Source: Chiloscyllium plagiosum
Taxonomy: Eukaryota
Direction: 5' to 3'
Length of the DNA: 40,746 nucleotides
Assembly (NCBI RefSeq): GCF_004010195.1
Contig: NC_057711.1
Location: 70,356,992 to 70,397,737, forward strand
This document shows positions 11,791 to 23,704 of this stretch, piece by piece; positions within the stretch are counted from its first letter, which is position 1; each line of letters starts with the position of its first letter. The translations under genes were made by a program, and so were the position numbers. Below the pieces are notes generated by a model. That model was not told where the DNA came from. It saw only the letters and a list, made by a program, of their open reading frames with translations, and ran no database searches.

Positions 11791-13584
11791 CAGCCAAATA
11801 GCATCACATGAATATTTGTGGACATTCTGAAGTAATAGCCGATTGCAAAGCAAAGCCATTCCAGCCCTCAAGGGAATGCTCATTTTATAACTGAAACTTT
11901 GATACTATGTTTGTCACAGACTATCAAACATGTTTCCTTGTGCACCAATAACTTCTTGTTTTGTTTCCTAATCAAAGAATCAGTTACATGAAGGCTGTGG
12001 CCAAGCTATGCCAAACATAGTTTGCAAATATCACAGAGACAAAGCTGACGTGCATTGTGTTGAATTTCTGCTGAAACATCACCATCTAGTTTAAGTTCTC
12101 ACTTTTCAGAAGTTATGTTCCTCCTATAGGACAGCAGTGATTGAAAGGCTCAGCACTCTTCACGCAGCTACACATGATGCTCATGTCAGTGTTTACGGTA
12201 GTCACTTGCTCTCATGTTAGTAAACAAGGAAAGCAACAGGTCAAATGTCTTAACAGATTTGTACAGACCACAGGAATATATCTCTAAACTCTATATTTAC
12301 TTCGTGTAGTGCTGTATGGAAGATGCAACCAACGTGGATTCAATGTTATTTAACCTTTCTTTTCCTCCCATTACAACTGGGTGGCACCACAGCAGCTGTA
12401 GCTGAGCTGAAGAAGCCTATTGACAGCTATGCTACCTTACCTCGATGACTTTGGCAGTCTTCTTCCATTGGGCCTGGATCAAGAGGTGTACTTCAAACCT
12501 CCTGGACCTGACCTTTAGGTACCTGGCAGAGAGGAGGTGATGTGTAGAACAACTCTGGAGTGTCTCACGATGACAATCCTTGGCTGTCAGCTGTCACTCC
12601 TCATCCCTGTTGGGTGCAATTTCACCTCCTTCATCCATCAAGAGATGGAGGATCTGCATCGCTGTCAAGGTCACTTGGACCATCTCATCAAGCCATTGAA
12701 TAAAACCGTTCATGGCTTGCACAATGGCATGGAAGCCCAAGTCCTTATCCAACAGATACTGAATGCTCTGCCTGACCAGGTTCTCCAAGGCAGCCACACC
12801 TGGTTCATGGAGATAGTCACGCATTCACCTGACATCAGACAGAACTTAGGAAGCTTTCTCTACCCTTCTTTCCAGTTTCTGCCAAGGGTGTCAGATGCAT
12901 GCAGACATTCCCCGACTTACCTAGGCACTACCATCAGCTCATCATCTGTACATACTAAGACATAGAGAGATGCCTGACATAAGCTTACAAGGTGAGCAAA
13001 TGGCTAGAGCCCTATTTACACAATTGCTGACAAGGTCAAGGAAATATGCAAATCCCAAAGTGCATTTTTACTAATGAAGGTAAGTTTGCATTTGTGGTAA
13101 AGGATCCATTAGATTTCCCAACTTGCATATCAATAAAGAGAATGCACCTTTCATTGCTTCATCGCAAAAGCGAATGGCAGTTCAGGATAGAGTGTATCAT
13201 GGTATTTAAAGAAATCTTTAGATGTATCTGGAGTTTCAAAGATTTCATCAACACATTGGATATACAAACATAAGGTTGGAGGTTAGGGCATTTTCCATCA
13301 AAAACATGCCTGAACAATGATTTCACGTAGGTATTCCTCAAGTTGCTAATGTCCAAGCAGGTTAAGAAGGCATCTGACTAAAATTCAGCTGAAGTCAAGT
13401 TTGCTAGCTTTATTTGAAATAAATACAGAAATTATGCAACTTCATTTCACACCTGAGTTTTATAAGAAAAGAAAGAACACCAGGGTTCTGATTGCACTTT
13501 ACACTCACACACACATATACACTCTCTCTCACAGAGAGTATTACACATGGAGCAATTCGTAGAATACGCAAATAAGTTGAACAG

Positions 13585-14498
13585 TGAATTGCATTAGCTT
13601 TACATACTCAAATGAATACAATGAAAAGTTTACAAATCGCCATTTATAGGGCCACCTTCGGAAGCAAGGTAACTAGATAGAGATTTTTCACAGCAAGTTC
13701 TAAGGAAGAAAAAAATTAGAAAAATAAAGAAATAAAAAGGCTAGCATTACAGATCATAAAAGTAAATTAGAAAAATAGAGAAATAAAAAGTTCAGAATAA
13801 CAGTTCTACCAACCCAATTCACGCTGGCACATTGCCTCCAATCTGTGCCAGGCCTTAAATCACCTGTTGGGAGATTGCCGTGTTAGGCCAGCAAACCACC
13901 ATGCCAGGCCACTGAAAGACACCACATGCCATCAAAAGACCAATACACCATGGGAGGTCACCATGTCAGGCTGAATGACCGCCAGGCTGGGAGACAGCTG
14001 GACTGGGCTGCTGAAAAAGCACAGCATGTCAGAGTGTGGTGCTGGAAAAGCACAGCATGTCAGGCAGCATCTGAGGAGCAGGAAAATCGACATTTCGGGC
14101 AAAAGCCCTTCATCGGGAATCACCATTCCCGATGAAGGGCTTTTGCCAGAAACATCGATTTTCCTGCTCCTCGGATGGAGTGTGACCTGATGTGCTTTTC
14201 CTGCATCACACTCGACTCTGATCTCCAGCATCTGCAGTCCTCACCTTCACATTGCCAAAAGAATGCCACAGGCCTCTGAGAGATCACTACATCGAGCCAC
14301 TGAGAGACCACCATCACAGGTTGAGAGGACACCACACCAGGCCGAGAGGTCACCTCACCGTGTCAATGCTGAGGCCAGCAGTTCAGGACTTTGCAGAGAA
14401 GAAAGAAGAGAGAAAAAAAGAGAAAGAAAGAAAAAAGTAACAGACAGAGCCGGCTAGCTCCAGCTGAAGTGTCGTATTCCATCGCCATCTTGGAATCA
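13585..14498 (-). mobile_element. Non-coding, probably non-autonomous retroelement with Rex1/Babar-like tail and internal ~20-bp repeats
   Basis: Minus strand starts attccaagatggcg, then a pyrimidine-rich tract, loose repeats (gccactgagagaccaccat-like on +) and an end aacttttcattgtattc resembling the tail at 33761-33809. Confidence 0.5.
14031..14250. mobile_element. Penelope-derived fold-back (family 1) with two opposed hammerhead-like cores
   Basis: Inverted repeat centred at ~14122 (cttcatcgggaat cacc attcccgatgaag); 3' extension gatctccagcatctgcagtcctcac. Confidence 0.88.
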
Positions 14499-14589
14499 GT
14501 TTGCACCATCTATATATATGCACAGCTGCAACTCACCAAGAGCTTCCTTCCACTGTATCTTTATGCGATCTCTATCATTTAAAAGGACT

Positions 14590-14730
14590 ACAGCAACAGA
14601 TGCATGGAACAGCACCACCTGCAAAGTTTCTCCAAGTCACACCATCCCGACCTGGAACAATACTGTTGTTTCTTAACTATTGCTAAATTCAGATCTTGGA
14701 ACTACCTCTCTATCAGCACTGTGGATATAA
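14590..14730 (+). mobile_element. 3' fragment of the LINE family seen at 11045 and 30830
   Basis: catggaacagcaccacctgcaaagtttctccaagtcacaccatcccgacctggaac is the reverse complement of motifs at ~11210-11270 and ~30990-31045. Confidence 0.65.
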
Positions 14731-14885
14731 CTATTTGCTTATGCTACTTTAACCAACACGTCACTTGCCCTTTACTTCATTTTCGGCAAATAATCTTCAT
14801 CATCACCATCTCTATCCTACCCTCTTCCCAATCTAATCAGCAAATACTATAAGAAATGAATTGCAGTATGTAATACTAAAACTAC

Positions 14886-15083
14886 CTGGAGATTTGGTTG
14901 GGAAGATAAGAACAGCTGGAGAACGTCTAGTTGACTCCGAATTCTCACTGAAGCTCTTTCAGGTGCAAAGTTCGGGTTCATCAGGTCAATGAAAGGATCA
15001 TTGGTGACATCATTTCCCAGCAAAGTGTAGTAAAAGAAAAATTCAGGTCTCCCCTCTGGTAGCTTGATTGTACTTGGAATCAA
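14886..15083 (-). CDS. CEP120: CEP120 coding exon (human exon 6 equivalent), C2B domain
   Basis: [66 protein letters not shown]; 198 bp, ttctcag| and CAG|gtag. Confidence 0.97.
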
Positions 15084-15151
15084 CTGAGAATAGTACAAAG
15101 TTACATTGTGGATTAATTTTGATCAAAGTAAGCTTTGTTAGCATACAGATA

Positions 15152-15302
15152 TGAAAAGTGTGGTGCTGGAAAAGTGCAGCAAGCCAGGCAGCATCCGAAA
15201 TGTTGATTCTCCTGCTCCTCGGATGCTGCCTTGCCTGCTGTGATTTTCCAGCACCACACTTTTCAGCTCTGGTCTCCAGCATTTGCAGTCCTCACTTTCT
15301 CC
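15152..15302. mobile_element. Collapsed family-1 Penelope fold-back with 13-bp TSD
   Basis: gtgtggtgctggaaaag...gcagcatccga / tcggatgctgcc...ttttccagcaccacac; tagcatacagata at 15139-15151 and 15303-15315. Confidence 0.88.
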
Positions 15303-15829
15303 TAGCATACAGATACGGCCACATACAAATTACAAACAAACCTTTGCAGCTTTGAGGACCAAAACCTCAACTGTAAAAATCAGATAAAAACAGCAATCCC
15401 CTGAAACATATCCATCCGTGGGAGATATCATTTTAAGACCTATTATGGTTCCACTGTGAGCAGTCAGAAGGACTTCCTTTTAGTTTGGCAGTTAATGGCA
15501 ATATATAATTCATGCATTTTGTTGAACATTACATTCATCAAATGGAGAAGCTGTAGGAGTATTTCTACATTATTGAAGACCATGGCTCAACTCTAGCTAA
15601 ACAATCTGGTCTTAAAAAAACAAATTTGTCTTGGTTCAAAATACATGAATAGCAGTAATGAATTACAGGCTGAAGTCCAAGTAATGAAAAATTTAATTAA
15701 AATTATTCTGAAGACTTGAGCATGAAGTAGTAATTAAATTATCTGACAGGCATAATGAAGCACGTTTCACCAGTATTGCTATACGATTAACATTACTAAT
15801 CCTAAATTGAGACGAGTGCTTTCACCAAC

Positions 15830-15990
15830 CTGCTCTAACTGTGTTGCAAATGCAATGGTCACAGAAAGCATAAAGAAATCGGTGCAGAATTCTGCTGGCC
15901 CAATCTGATAATAGCTTTCGTCCTCATTCAGAACTGCAGTCAGATCCTTGGGGTTCAAATCCAGGATGGGATCAGGCGAAGTTTCTATCA
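15830..15990 (-). CDS. CEP120: CEP120 coding exon (human exon 5 equivalent), start of C2B
   Basis: (M)[53 protein letters not shown] vs human ...[36 protein letters not shown]; 161 bp, ttttgtag| and CAG|gt. Confidence 0.95.
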
Positions 15991-16860
15991 CTACAAAATG
16001 TGCAAATAGTTTAAAAGCAATTTTAATTACTGAGTTTTGTCAACAGTGTTATGACTTTAAGCACTGGATTTGTTCAAATTATATTTAGAAAAAAAAGAGC
16101 ATGATATACTTACTTTTAGCAAATGGATCTTACAATGTTACAAGTGATTTTTCTACATGTACAATTGTATTATTCAAATCACAAAAATATTTTAAATAAC
16201 AATTGAGTTCTGGGTGCAAAAAAAACAAGGCTAAAGAATATCTTAAAGACGCACAACTAAAATATTACATTTTTTTTACAGACACTGATTAGTCTATTTT
16301 AGATACATTTAAATAATGCAGAAGACTGCTTTTGTAGCTGGCAAATGAAGAGGGTGTTAAAATAGAAATAATAAGCATGTTCAGCAGTAAGATAGTATTT
16401 TTAAAAAGTAAAAGAAACCAAGTGAAATGTTCAAAACTCTAGCTAATCTGTTACAACAATCACAAGTTAAAGGTCAACCTGAAATGTGGATTCATGGGAT
16501 AAATCCAACTGATGCCATAATATGTAATAATTCCATTTCTGTTGATGCTATCAGTTATTTTTAAGGTAATCAATGTCATTAGATATCAGGTACAAGTATA
16601 ATCCATCAGCCTTGTGCAATATCCTTGAGGTCTTCCAAGTAACTTTTATATTTTTAGAATACCACATCGTACATGTAGTAATTGCTGACTAAATATTTCT
16701 TTTGAGTTGGTTGATACAGAGCACCTGACTCTGTTTGCTGTAAAAACAATATTGCATATAAAATTAGAATTTTAAGTGATAGATTCTAATCCAAGTCTTC
16801 CTATACGAATTCCAATAAAATTCTTCCAAAATACTAAATAACTAATCAACTCGATAACAT

Positions 16861-17108
16861 TTGGCCCAACAAGTCCACACCAACCCTGTGAAGAAGAACC
16901 CATCCCCCTACATTTACCCCTGACTAATGCACCTAAAACTATGGGCAATTTAACACGGCCAATCTGTGGATTGTGAGAGGAAACCGGAGCACCCAGAGGA
17001 AACCCATGTAGACACGGGGAGAACGTACAAACTCCACACAGTCACCCAAGGTGGGAACTGAACCCCGTTCCCTGGCGCTGTGAGGTAGCAGTGCTAACCA
17101 TTGTTGCA
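16861..17108 (-). mobile_element. HE1-type V-SINE
   Basis: ggcccaacaagtccacac tail, gaggaaaccggagcacccagaggaaaccca V-domain, and tRNA-like head (minus strand tggttagcactgctacctcacagcgccagg...ggttcagttcc). Confidence 0.88.
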
Positions 17109-18944
17109 TCCAACATCTCCTCCACACAGTTTTAAAACTTCAGCTAAACAATTTATCCCGTTCAGTTCGATTGAAGTCCTACATAGACACAATAAAATTC
17201 CCTGAACAACCACTAATTTGATTTTTTTTTAAAAGTCAGCACCTTCCCCTACTCAACAGACGATTCAGGGACTTCCTCAGAAGACATCTTTAGCTTTTCT
17301 GAATGTGGCCCCATTTTGAGGCTGGAACATTGTCAGGGCAATTGGGCAAGCAGTGGAGTGGGCAACAGTAAGGAGAAGACTTAAGGGAGAAGGGGCACAG
17401 GAGTCTACCATTGTTGTCTAAAAGTTCACCATCATTCTGGGGTCTCCACCCTCACTTTGAGAAACACTGATACAGATCATTGCTGTGGATAAATAATCAG
17501 TTCAGACCTTTGAGGACAACAGTTTTTTGCTGTTAAAATAAAGCATGATTTTATTTCTGATCACAAAAGAACAGATTTGTAAAGTACAACAAAAAGGAAT
17601 CTCACTTCTCCACTAAGACAGTGACATTCATTTTGAATTGTGATAAACAGAGAAAATAATTTATTTTGAGCAGTTTAGTGAAAGCTCTGCATCCTTACTT
17701 CAATGCCTTACTTCAAAAAGGAAAGGAATATCCTTTGCAAACACATACATCATTCAGGTGTGCATGGAGGAGCTCCTTAAAACACAGCTGCGTGCCAATT
17801 TTGAGCAAACTATGAATGTAACCAGCGTTTGAAATCTTTCTTGATTATCAAAATAAGAAGAAAGATAAGGGAAAAAAAATGAGCTGAATCAGCTTGAATA
17901 TAAAACAGAAGGTGCACTTTTCTGATCAGCACACATCACATTAAAAGCAATCTCTCTGCAAACATAAGGATACTGCAGCTAGAAGCAGGAGTAAGAAATT
18001 CAGCCCCTTGATATGATATGATCATAGCTAATTTCATTTTGGCCCAATTCCACTTTCCTGCATGCTCTCCATAACTTTTCAAGGCATTGTTCATTAAAAT
18101 TGTGTCTACCTTCTTAAATTTATTCAATTCATCTGACCTGGGGTACTGAACTCCACAGATTCACAACTCTTTGAGAAAAGTAATTTATCCTCATCTCTGG
18201 TTTAAATCAGCTACCACTTACCCTAAAGCTATGACTTGTTGTTCTAGATTGCCCCACATGATGAAGCATCTTTTCTGTGTCTACTTTGTCAATCCCCTTT
18301 AGCATCTGATGTACCTTAATTAGATCTCCTCCCATTCTTCTAAATTCCAAGAGATATAGACCCAAACTGCTCAAGTTCTCTTCATAAGACAAATCCCTTA
18401 TCTTTGGAATCTAGTGAACGTCCTCTTAACTGCTTCCAATGCAACAACATCCCTCCTCAAGTAAGGGGACTAAAATTGCACACAATACTCCAGTTGCAGC
18501 CTCACTAAGACCTTGTATAGCTGCAGAAATACTTCTCTTCATTTATACTCTATTCCTTCAGCAACAAATGCCAAAATACCATTTGCCTTCCTGATTACCT
18601 GCTGTACCTGTTTACTGGTTTTCTGCAATTCATGCACGAGGATATCCACATTCCTCTGCAAATTTCTCTCCAGTTAAATAACAAATTGCTTTTCTATTTC
18701 TCCAATAAAAATGGATAATTTCACACATATCCATGTTCAATTTTATTGGTCTAATTCTGACCTATTTGCCTAATCCATCCATAGCCATTTGTAAATTTCT
18801 TATTTTTTCATAACAACTTACTTTCTCACCCAGTTTACTGTCATCTGCAAATTTGGCTATTGTACTTTCTATCCCTACAACCAAATCATTAATAGAGATT
18901 GAAGATTGAGGACTGAGCCCTGTGGCACTCCACTAGTTACATGT

Positions 18945-19140
18945 GAAAGCTCTGTCCTTAAAACAGCTGCGTGCCAATTTTGAGCAAACTATGAATGTAA
19001 CCAACGTTTGAAATCTTTCTTGATTATCAAAATAAGAAGATAGATAAGGAAAAAAAAAATGAGCTGAATCGGCTTGTATATAAAACAGAAGGTGCACTTT
19101 TCTGATCAGCACACATCACAGTAAAAGCAATCTCTCTGCA
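18945..19140 (+). repeat. Direct duplication of intronic sequence 17774-17960, with a short leader matching 17679-17697
   Basis: About 6-7 differences over ~180 bp by eye (cagctgcgtgccaattttgagc...aaagcaatctctctgca). Confidence 0.95.
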
Positions 19141-19804
19141 GCTACCACGCTCCACCTTTTCGTCCATTACATCGATGACTGTATCGGCGCTACCTCGTGC
19201 TCCCATGAGGAGGTTGAACAGTTCATCCCCTTTACTAACACCTTCCACCCCGACCTCAAATTTACCTGGACCGTCTCAGACTCCTCCCTCCCCTTCCTAG
19301 ACCTCTCCATTTCTATCTCGGGCGACCGACTCAACACAGGCATTTACTATAAACCGACCAATTCCCACAGCTACCAAAATACACCTCCTCCCACCCTGCC
19401 CCTGTAAACACGCCATCCCATATTTCCAATTCCTTCGCTTCCACCGCATCTGCTCCCAGGAGGACCAATTCCAATACCGAACAACCCAGATGGCCTCCTT
19501 ATTCAAAGACTGCAATTTCCCCTCAGACGTGGTTGACGATGCTCTCCACCGCCTCTCCTCCACTTCCCGCTGCACCCCTCCAATCGCCACGAGGACAGAA
19601 CCCCACTGGTTCTCACCTACCACCCCACCAACCTCCAGATACATTGTATCATCCTTCGTCATTTCCGCCACCTCCAAACAGACCCCACCACCAAGGATAT
19701 ATTTCCCTCCCCTCCCCTATCAGCGTTCCGGAAAGACCACTCTCCTCCCCAACTCCCTGGTCAGGTCCACACCCCCCACCCACCCAATCTCCATTCCCGG
19801 CACC

Positions 19805-20085
19805 NNNNNNNNNNNNNNNNNNNNNNNNNNNNNNNNNNNNNNNNNNNNNNNNNNNNNNNNNNNNNNNNNNNNNNNNNNNNNNNNNNNNNNNNNNNNNNNN
19901 NNNNNNNNNNNNNNNNNNNNNNNNNNNNNNNNNNNNNNNNNNNNNNNNNNNNNNNNNNNNNNNNNNNNNNNNNNNNNNNNNNNNNNNNNNNNNNNNNNNN
20001 NNNNNNNNNNNNNNNNNNNNNNNNNNNNNNNNNNNNNNNNNNNNNNNNNNNNNNNNNNNNNNNNNNNNNNNNNNNNNNNNNNNNN
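19805..20085. other. Assembly gap (281 N)
   Basis: Run of n. Confidence 1.
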
Positions 20086-20192
20086 CCTATCACCCTCACC
20101 TTAACCTCCTTCCACCTATTGCATTCCCAATGTCCCTCCCCTAAGTCCCTCCTCCCTACCTTTTATCTTAGCCTGCTTGGCACACCTTCCTC

Positions 20193-20228
20193 ATTCCTGA
20201 AGAAGGGCTCATGCCCGAAACGTCGATT
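20193..20228 (+). ncRNA. Minimal type-I hammerhead ribozyme motif of a Penelope terminal repeat
   Basis: CUGAAGA-A-GGGC(UCAU)GCCC-GAAAC-GUC: core intact, 4-bp stem II, palindromic ACGU stem III, weak stem I. Activity not demonstrated. Confidence 0.7.
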
Positions 20229-21914
20229 CTCCTGCTCCTTGGACGCTGCCTGACCTGCTGCGCTTTTCCAGCAACACATTTTTCAGCACTAGTTACATGT
20301 TGTCAGCCAGAAAAAGATCTATTTATCCCAACTCTCTGCTTGCTGCTGATTAACTAATTCTCGATTCAACCTAATTAATTATCCTAACCCATGTGATCAT
20401 ACTTTGTGTATTAACCTTTTGTATGGCACCTTATCAAATGATTTCTGGAAGTCCAGTGTACTACATCTACATAATCCCCATTGCTTGTTCCATCTTCAAA
20501 GAACTCGAACAACTGTGATTGACTCTAAATAAAACCATGCTGATTCTGACTAATTGTACTTTGACTTTCCAAATGGCGTATTATTACTTCCTTCACAATG
20601 GATTTTAATAATTTCCCAACAACAGGTGTTAAACTAACAGGTCTGCAGTTTTCTACTTTCTGTCTTCCTTTTAGAATAAAGGTGTGATACAAGCATTTTT
20701 TCAATCCACTGGTATTTTGATCCACCCAGGAAATTTTGGAATATTTTAACCAATGGATCCATTATTTTTGCAGCTAGTTCCTTTAAGACCCTAAGACACA
20801 GGCCATTGGGAACTTATCTGCTTTCAATTCTAATAGTTTGCTCATTACCCTTTCCCTAGTGATGATGATTGTTCCAAGTTCCTCCTTTTCCATAATTTCT
20901 GCTTTGTTATAATTGGGATGGTACTAGTGTCCTCCACCATGAAAACTGAAGCCAACTATTGATTCAGTAACTCTGCCAATTCTGTGCTCTCCACTATTTA
21001 CTCTCCAGTCTCATCCTCCAAGGGACCAACATACACTTTAGCTACAATTTTCCCTTTAAGTGCTTATAGAAGCTTTTGGAATCCATTTTTATATTTTGTG
21101 CTAGTTTGCTTTCATAATCTACCTTTGCTCTTTTATGATTATTTTAATAACCTTTTGTCAACCTTCAAAGGTTTCCCAAATTTCCAGCCTGCCACTCATC
21201 TTTGTCTTTACGTTATCATTAATCTCCTTGCTTAGCCTTGGACATTTTCACACCCCACCTTACAATCTTTCTTCTATTCTGAAATATATTTTCGTTAAAA
21301 AACCTACAATTGCTCATCAACTTTCCTACTTGTTTGTCTTCCTGCCCAGTCCTCGAGGGCCAGATCTATTCCTGTGTAATTATCTTTGTTTAACTCCAGA
21401 ATGCTCGTGTGGGACTCAATTTCCCACCCTCCAATTGAATTTGAAATTCCAGCATGCTAGCATCACCCTTCTCTAGAGGATCCTTTATAAAGGAATCATT
21501 AATTAATCCCACCTCATTACACAATACCAAATCTAAAGTAGTCTGTGCCATGGGTGTTTCTATAAAATATTTCTCCAAGAAACAAACTCTCACATATTCA
21601 ATGAGGTTACCGTTGTCAATGTGGTTAATCCAGTCAACATGCACATTAACATCACCAATGACTATTGCTCTCTTACAAGTCCCAATATTTCCTGGTTTAT
21701 ACTGGGCTCACTGCAAGATTTCTGTTTGCGGACCTACAGAATATCCCCATCAGGGGCTTTTCTCCCCTGCCATTTCTTCTTTCTGCCCAGACTGATTCTA
21801 TGGTGATCTACAGTGCTGTTAAGATTTCTCTGCATAGCACTGATCTCTGCCTTTATGAACAAAGTTTTCCCACCTCCTTTTCCTTCCTGCCTATCCTTCC
21901 AAAACACTAAGTAT

Positions 21915-22970
21915 CCAGTCTAGAACTGAGACATAATTTAGAAACAAAGGAGGATGGACTTCGATCCAAGGTGAGGAGAAATTACTTTACTCAGAATACT
22001 GTGAACCTTTGGTATTGTGTAGCACAGAAGGTTGTGGAAAATCTATCTCTGAGGATGTTTAAGGCAGAAACTGAAGGTGGTGAAGAAGTCATACAGCATA
22101 ATCAAGAAAAGAGCCAATTATAGAGTCATAGAGCCATACAGCATGGAAACATAACCTTCGCTCAAACCAGTTCATGACAACCATAATCCCAAACTTGCCT
22201 TCACTAGTCACAGCACTGAGTATTGGAGTTGGGATGTCACGTTGTGGCTGTACAGTGTCTTGGTGAGGCCACTTTTGGAATAGTACATACAGTTCTGGTT
22301 GCCCTTCTATAGGAAGGATATTATTAAATTGGAAAGGGTGCAGAAAGGATTTCCAAGGATGTTACTGGGACTGGAGAGTATGAGTTAAAAGAGGCTGTAT
22401 AGGCTGGGACTTTCTGCACTGCTTAGGGGGTGACCTTTTGGAGGTTTATAAAATCATGAGGGGCATAGTAAAGATGAACATCATAAAATCTAGGAAATCA
22501 CAAAGATGTTATCCAACTTCATAAATAGCAAAAAGGTCTTTTCCCCAGGTAAGGGAATTCAAAACTCGGGGGCATAATTGTAAGGGGAGTGGAGAAAGAT
22601 TTAAAAGGGACCTGCGGAGCAACATTTTCACCGAGGGTGGTTCATAGGTAGAATGAACTGCTCGAGTAAGTGTTAAATGCAGGTACAGTAACAACATTTA
22701 AAAGACATTTGGACATGTATGCGAATAGGAAAGGTTAAGAGAGATATGGGCCAAATGCAGGCAAATGGGAAACCTGGTCAACATGGACTCAATGGACCGA
22801 AGGGTCTGATTCTGTGCTGTATGACTCTATGATGGATTTGTGCCTGCCAATGGCATATAGGTTATGTGGATGGTATGAGCAAAAGGCACTGAAATGTCCA
22901 ATCAGCTGCAATTATACTGAATGATGGGGCAGGCGAAATGGACTGAATGGCCTACTCCTATTCCTGTGTT
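21915..22970 (+). mobile_element. CR1-type LINE 3' end (21915-22076 and 22831-22970) split by a younger insertion
   Basis: gtgaggagaaattactttactcag...tttaaggcagaaactga resumes as tggatttgtg...ggactgaatggcctactcctattcctgtgttc. Confidence 0.7.
22200..22830 (+). mobile_element. HER1/CR1 LINE 3' end
   Basis: gagtattggagttgggatgtc, ttggtgaggccacttttggaa, ggaaagggtgcagaaagg; tail ggaccgaagggtctgattctgtgctgtatgactctat. Confidence 0.85.
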
Positions 22971-22984
22971 CATAAAATCTAGGT

Positions 22985-23195
22985 CAGAAGTCACACGACA
23001 CCAGGTTATAGTTCAACAGGTTTATTTGAAATCACAAGCTTTTGGATTGTAGCCCCTTTGTCAGGTGAAGTGTGTCACCTAACGAAGGAGCAGTGCTTAA
23101 AAAGCTTGTGATTTCAAATAAACCTGTTGGACTATAACCTGGTGTCGTGTGACTTCTGACCTTGTCCACCCCAGTCTAACATCGGCACCTCCACG
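22985..23195. mobile_element. Family-2 Penelope fold-back with 15-bp TSD
   Basis: cagaagtcacacgacaccaggttatag / ctataacctggtgtcgtgtgacttctg inverted arms; tcataaaatctaggt at 22970-22984 and 23196-23210. Confidence 0.9.
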
Positions 23196-23208
23196 TCATA
23201 AAATCTAG

Positions 23209-23640
23209 GTGGAGGGTTGTTTTTCAGACTGGAGGCCTGTGACCAGTGGAGTACCACAAGGATCGGTGCTGGACAGGAGTTGGGAGGTCATGTTGCAGCT
23301 GTACAGGACATTGGTTAGGCCACTGTTGGAATATTGCGTGCAATTCTGGTCTCCTTCCTATCGGAAAGATGTTGTGAAACTTGAAAGGGTTCAGAAAAGA
23401 TTTACAAGGATGTTGCCAGGGTTGGAGGATTTGAGCTATAGGGAGAGGCTGAACAGGCAGGGGCTGTTTTCCCTGGAGNNNNNNNNNNNNNNNNNNNNNN
23501 NNNNNNNNNNNNNNNNNNNNNNNNNNNNNNNNNNNNNNNNNNNNNNNNNNNNNNNNNNNNNNNNNNNNNNNNNNNNNNNNNNNNNNNNNNNNNGTTGGAC
23601 CGAAGGGTCTGTTTCCATGCTGTACATCTCTATGACTCTA
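23209..23640 (+). mobile_element. HER1/CR1 LINE fragment with internal deletion
   Basis: EGCFSDWRPVTSGVPQGSVL fused directly to RSWEVMLQLYRTLVRPLLEYCVQFWSP; tail ggaccgaagggtctgtttcc...ctatgactcta. Confidence 0.9.
23479..23593. other. Assembly gap (115 N)
   Basis: Run of n. Confidence 1.
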
Positions 23641-23704
23641 AATCACAAAGATGTTATCCAACTTCATAAACAACAAAAAGATAATCAAGAAAAGAGCCAA
23701 TGAA

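Larger units (their letters stand above)
19141..20286 (+). mobile_element. 5'-truncated Penelope-like element: RT C-terminus plus 3' terminal repeat with hammerhead core
   Basis: Translates YIDDCIGATSCSHEEVEQFI..TNTFHPDLKFTWTVSDSSLPFLDLSISISGDRLNT.IYYKPT...HAIPYFQFLR..RICSQE (PLE RT with YIDD, LPFLD, YxKPT); ends in family-1 terminal sequence; contains an N gap. Confidence 0.92.
17961..21903 (-). mobile_element. Long 5'-truncated CR1-type LINE (decayed ORF2: APE endonuclease end plus RT), interrupted at 18945-20286
   Basis: ORF fragments LDLVLCNEVGLIND, NCRPVSLTPVVGKLL...QHGF, tcatctgcaaa (reverse of FADD), SYEENLSSLGLYLLEFRRMGGDLI; aacataag tail at 17961. Confidence 0.92.

Noticed and set aside
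17230..17470. hAT MITE ending in tttgagaaacactg
   Set aside because: Only one TIR-like end is visible; no partner TIR or TSD found.
19490..20144. 200-aa ORFs
   Set aside because: Length is inflated by the N gap; the real part is frameshifted Penelope RT.
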